Origin: Camelus dromedarius
Taxonomy: Eukaryota
Length of the DNA: 64,000 bases
Direction: 5' to 3'
Assembly: GCF_036321535.1 (NCBI RefSeq)
Contig: NC_087436.1
Span: 95,482,001-95,546,000 of the forward strand
Shown: piece after piece, positions 61,895-64,000 of the stretch
How the letters are laid out: each line of letters starts with the position of its first letter
Numbering within the stretch: the stretch's first letter is position 1
The notes under the pieces: model-generated
The model's database searches: none
What the model was told of the DNA's origin: nothing
Seen by the model: only the letters and a program-made list of their open reading frames with translations
Program-made: the position numbers and the translations under genes

Positions 61895-62355
61895 CCAGCA
61901 TGGGTTTCCTACAGCGGCCATAACAAAACACCAAACTAGGTGGCTTAAAACCACAGTAATGTGTTAATTCACAGTTCTTGAGGCTAGAAGTCCAAAAGTG
62001 AGGTGTCAGCAGGGCCATGCTCCCTCTGAAACCTATAAAAGAATCCTCCCTTGCCTCTTCCTAGCTTCCGGTGGCTGCTGGATATCTTTGGCATCTCTTG
62101 GCTTGCAGATACATCATCCCATGCTCTGCCTCTGTCACCACACGTATTCTGTGTGTGTGTGTGTGTGTGTGTCCTCTGTGCATTATCTCCTCTTATTATA
62201 AGGACACCAGTCATCTTGATTTAGGCAGCATTAGCCCAGTATGAGCTCATCTTAGCTAATTACACCTGCAAAGACCCTATTTCCAAATAAGAGCACTTTC
62301 TGAGGTTTTGGGTGAACATGAGTTTTGGCAGGGGAACGCTATTCAACCCAAGACA
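61895..62355 (-). mobile_element. MaLR solo LTR, MLT1C-like, containing (TG)11 at 62150-62171
   Basis: GGCCATAACAAAACACCAAACTAGGTGGCTTAAAAC...GGTGTCAGCAGGGCCATGCTCCCTCTGAA...CTGCAAAGACCCTATTTCCAAATAAG...ATTCAACCCA. Confidence 0.9.
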
Positions 62356-62372
62356 AAACAGAACATAGAGAA

Positions 62373-62401
62373 ACACACACACACACATACACACACATAC
62401 A
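62373..62401. repeat. Imperfect (CA)n microsatellite
   Basis: Read directly from sequence. Confidence 0.9.
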
Positions 62402-64000
62402 GCTGCTAGCCAATTAAATTTAGTCTTTATGCTCTAATGAATTAGTCCGGAAACAAAGCCAGTAATACTCTGCTTGGGGAAGGAATTGATCTGAAAATGT
62501 CAAATTCCTTAATCTTTTTCTAGCCAGCAGATCTCTTTTTGCTGACCCTGTTCTCCAAACCATCTCTTTCTTAAACATCCTATACACACCACCACCACTA
62601 GCAGAAGGGAGACCTTGGTGGTTCCCTACACCTGCCACCTCCAGTACCTGCAGATAAAGCACTTTGCTTTCCCTTTTTTGGAGAAGCCCCATTGGTGTCC
62701 AGCATCACACAGAGGTGGGGTCTCTGCAACGCACATATCTCAGAATCGACGAGAAGGAGCGCTGGGAGGACTGGAAAACCAGGGGCCACACGGATATCTT
62801 GTTATGTGGGCACAGGAATATGGGAAGGGTATGGTGACGTTGGGCTGCTGCTCCAGTAGATGACTCCCCACATCCTAGCTAAGCAAGTCATATGAGAATC
62901 TCATTCACCAAGTGCTGAAAAATGTCTGGGGCCATATTTTGCCCAAGCAAGTGGTCTGTATGATTCAGGACAGATAAAGCCCAGTCTCAGACTTAGTCAT
63001 ACCAGGCTCAGGTGTGCAAAGAGAATATAGATTCTTAACTTTCTAGAACTGTCCCAATTATCCTTAAGTGTCCCCTGACCTCCATGCCACTGACTGGTGA
63101 GTGGTATGAGTGGGACTGGATTGCAGTCCAGTGTGGTAGACTCAGGCTGTTCCAGTAAGCAGTCTCTTTTGAGTGAGTCAGTGTTTCCCAGTCATGTCAC
63201 CCTCCCTGTTCCTCTCCAGGATGGTATCTGGGCATGTGGGAAGCTCAGAGACTTTGGGCGAGAGGGTTGGGGAGAGGGAGGCCTACACTGTAGCTATGAG
63301 CTCGTGGGTGCCTGCAGGGCTGATGGGTCACTGTTTGCCCAGGCTGTTCAGAAGCAGTTCACTGCTGAAGGGTGTGGCCGGGCCCTCGTGGTCTGGTCCC
63401 TCCCTGCTTGGACAAGGCTCAAGGTCCTCTCTGCTGATTCAGCCCTGCCACAGCCCTCATGGCACTCTAACTGGGACCCCCTCTAGAGCCCCAGCATGGC
63501 AGAGGGCCCCACCACGTGTCCCAGTATGGCTACTGTCCCCTCTAGGGCCAGAGCACAGCTACTGAGGGGCCCTCGAGAAGACAGAGCTTCATGGCCCTGG
63601 TTGTCCCATTCTGGGCAACTGCACTTGTCCTTAATCATCCTCAGCTACCTTCTCTGCCCAGAAACAGGGCAGGAGCCTGAGAATGACGTAAAGGAGATTC
63701 TGCATAGTCATACTGCCCTGGCTAGCTCAAGTCTCTGAACCATGGCGAGGCGGGGCCAGGGCAGGGGTGGGGCGGCAAAGACTGGTGATGGAGTAAAAGC
63801 TTAAATGTAAAAAGAAGACAGCGAGAGTCTTGAGAGAAAGCCACCATGCTCCTAACCCAACCCCAGCATTTCTGCTGGAAGAGGTAGTCCACAAGATCCA
63901 GAGTGAGTGCAAAGGGTAACGCTGAAAAGACAAACCAGAAATCAAGCATTAGCTCTAGGCCAGTGCTACCCAAGAGGACTTTCTGTAAGGATGGACATAT

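Noticed and set aside
62687..62828. Possible + strand exon reading PIGVQHHTEVGSLQRTYLRIDEKERWEDWKTRG...
   Set aside because: Splice sites are mediocre and I recognise no protein match
1..64000. Novel multi-gene system, operon, CRISPR array or defence locus
   Set aside because: The sequence is repeat-rich mammalian DNA with no long ORFs (maximum 174 aa) and no regularly spaced repeat-spacer array

Overview
This is mammalian nuclear DNA, most likely camelid (alpaca/vicuna/camel). That rests on a tRNA-Ala-derived vic-1-like SINE at ~55.4 kb and several artiodactyl-type L1 3' ends. The window is dense in recognisable interspersed repeats: L1, L2, L3/CR1, MIR, about 16 MaLR/ERVL LTRs in both orientations, and hAT MITEs. 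It reads as intergenic or deep-intronic sequence. I found no protein-coding exon I can recognise, no rRNA, no true tRNA and no CRISPR array. The supplied ORFs are either decayed L1 ORF1/ORF2 pieces or chance ORFs. I did not find a convincing new biological system. The best leads are local: a fold-back hairpin at an L1 5' junction that incorporates target-site sequence, two internally deleted L1s, nested target-site duplications (TSDs), three isolated exon-like segments, and several motif-dense repeat-free islands that look like enhancers. Repeat family names come from my memory of consensus sequences, not a database search. Subfamily labels are tentative and old-repeat boundaries are approximate (+/- 20-50 bp).
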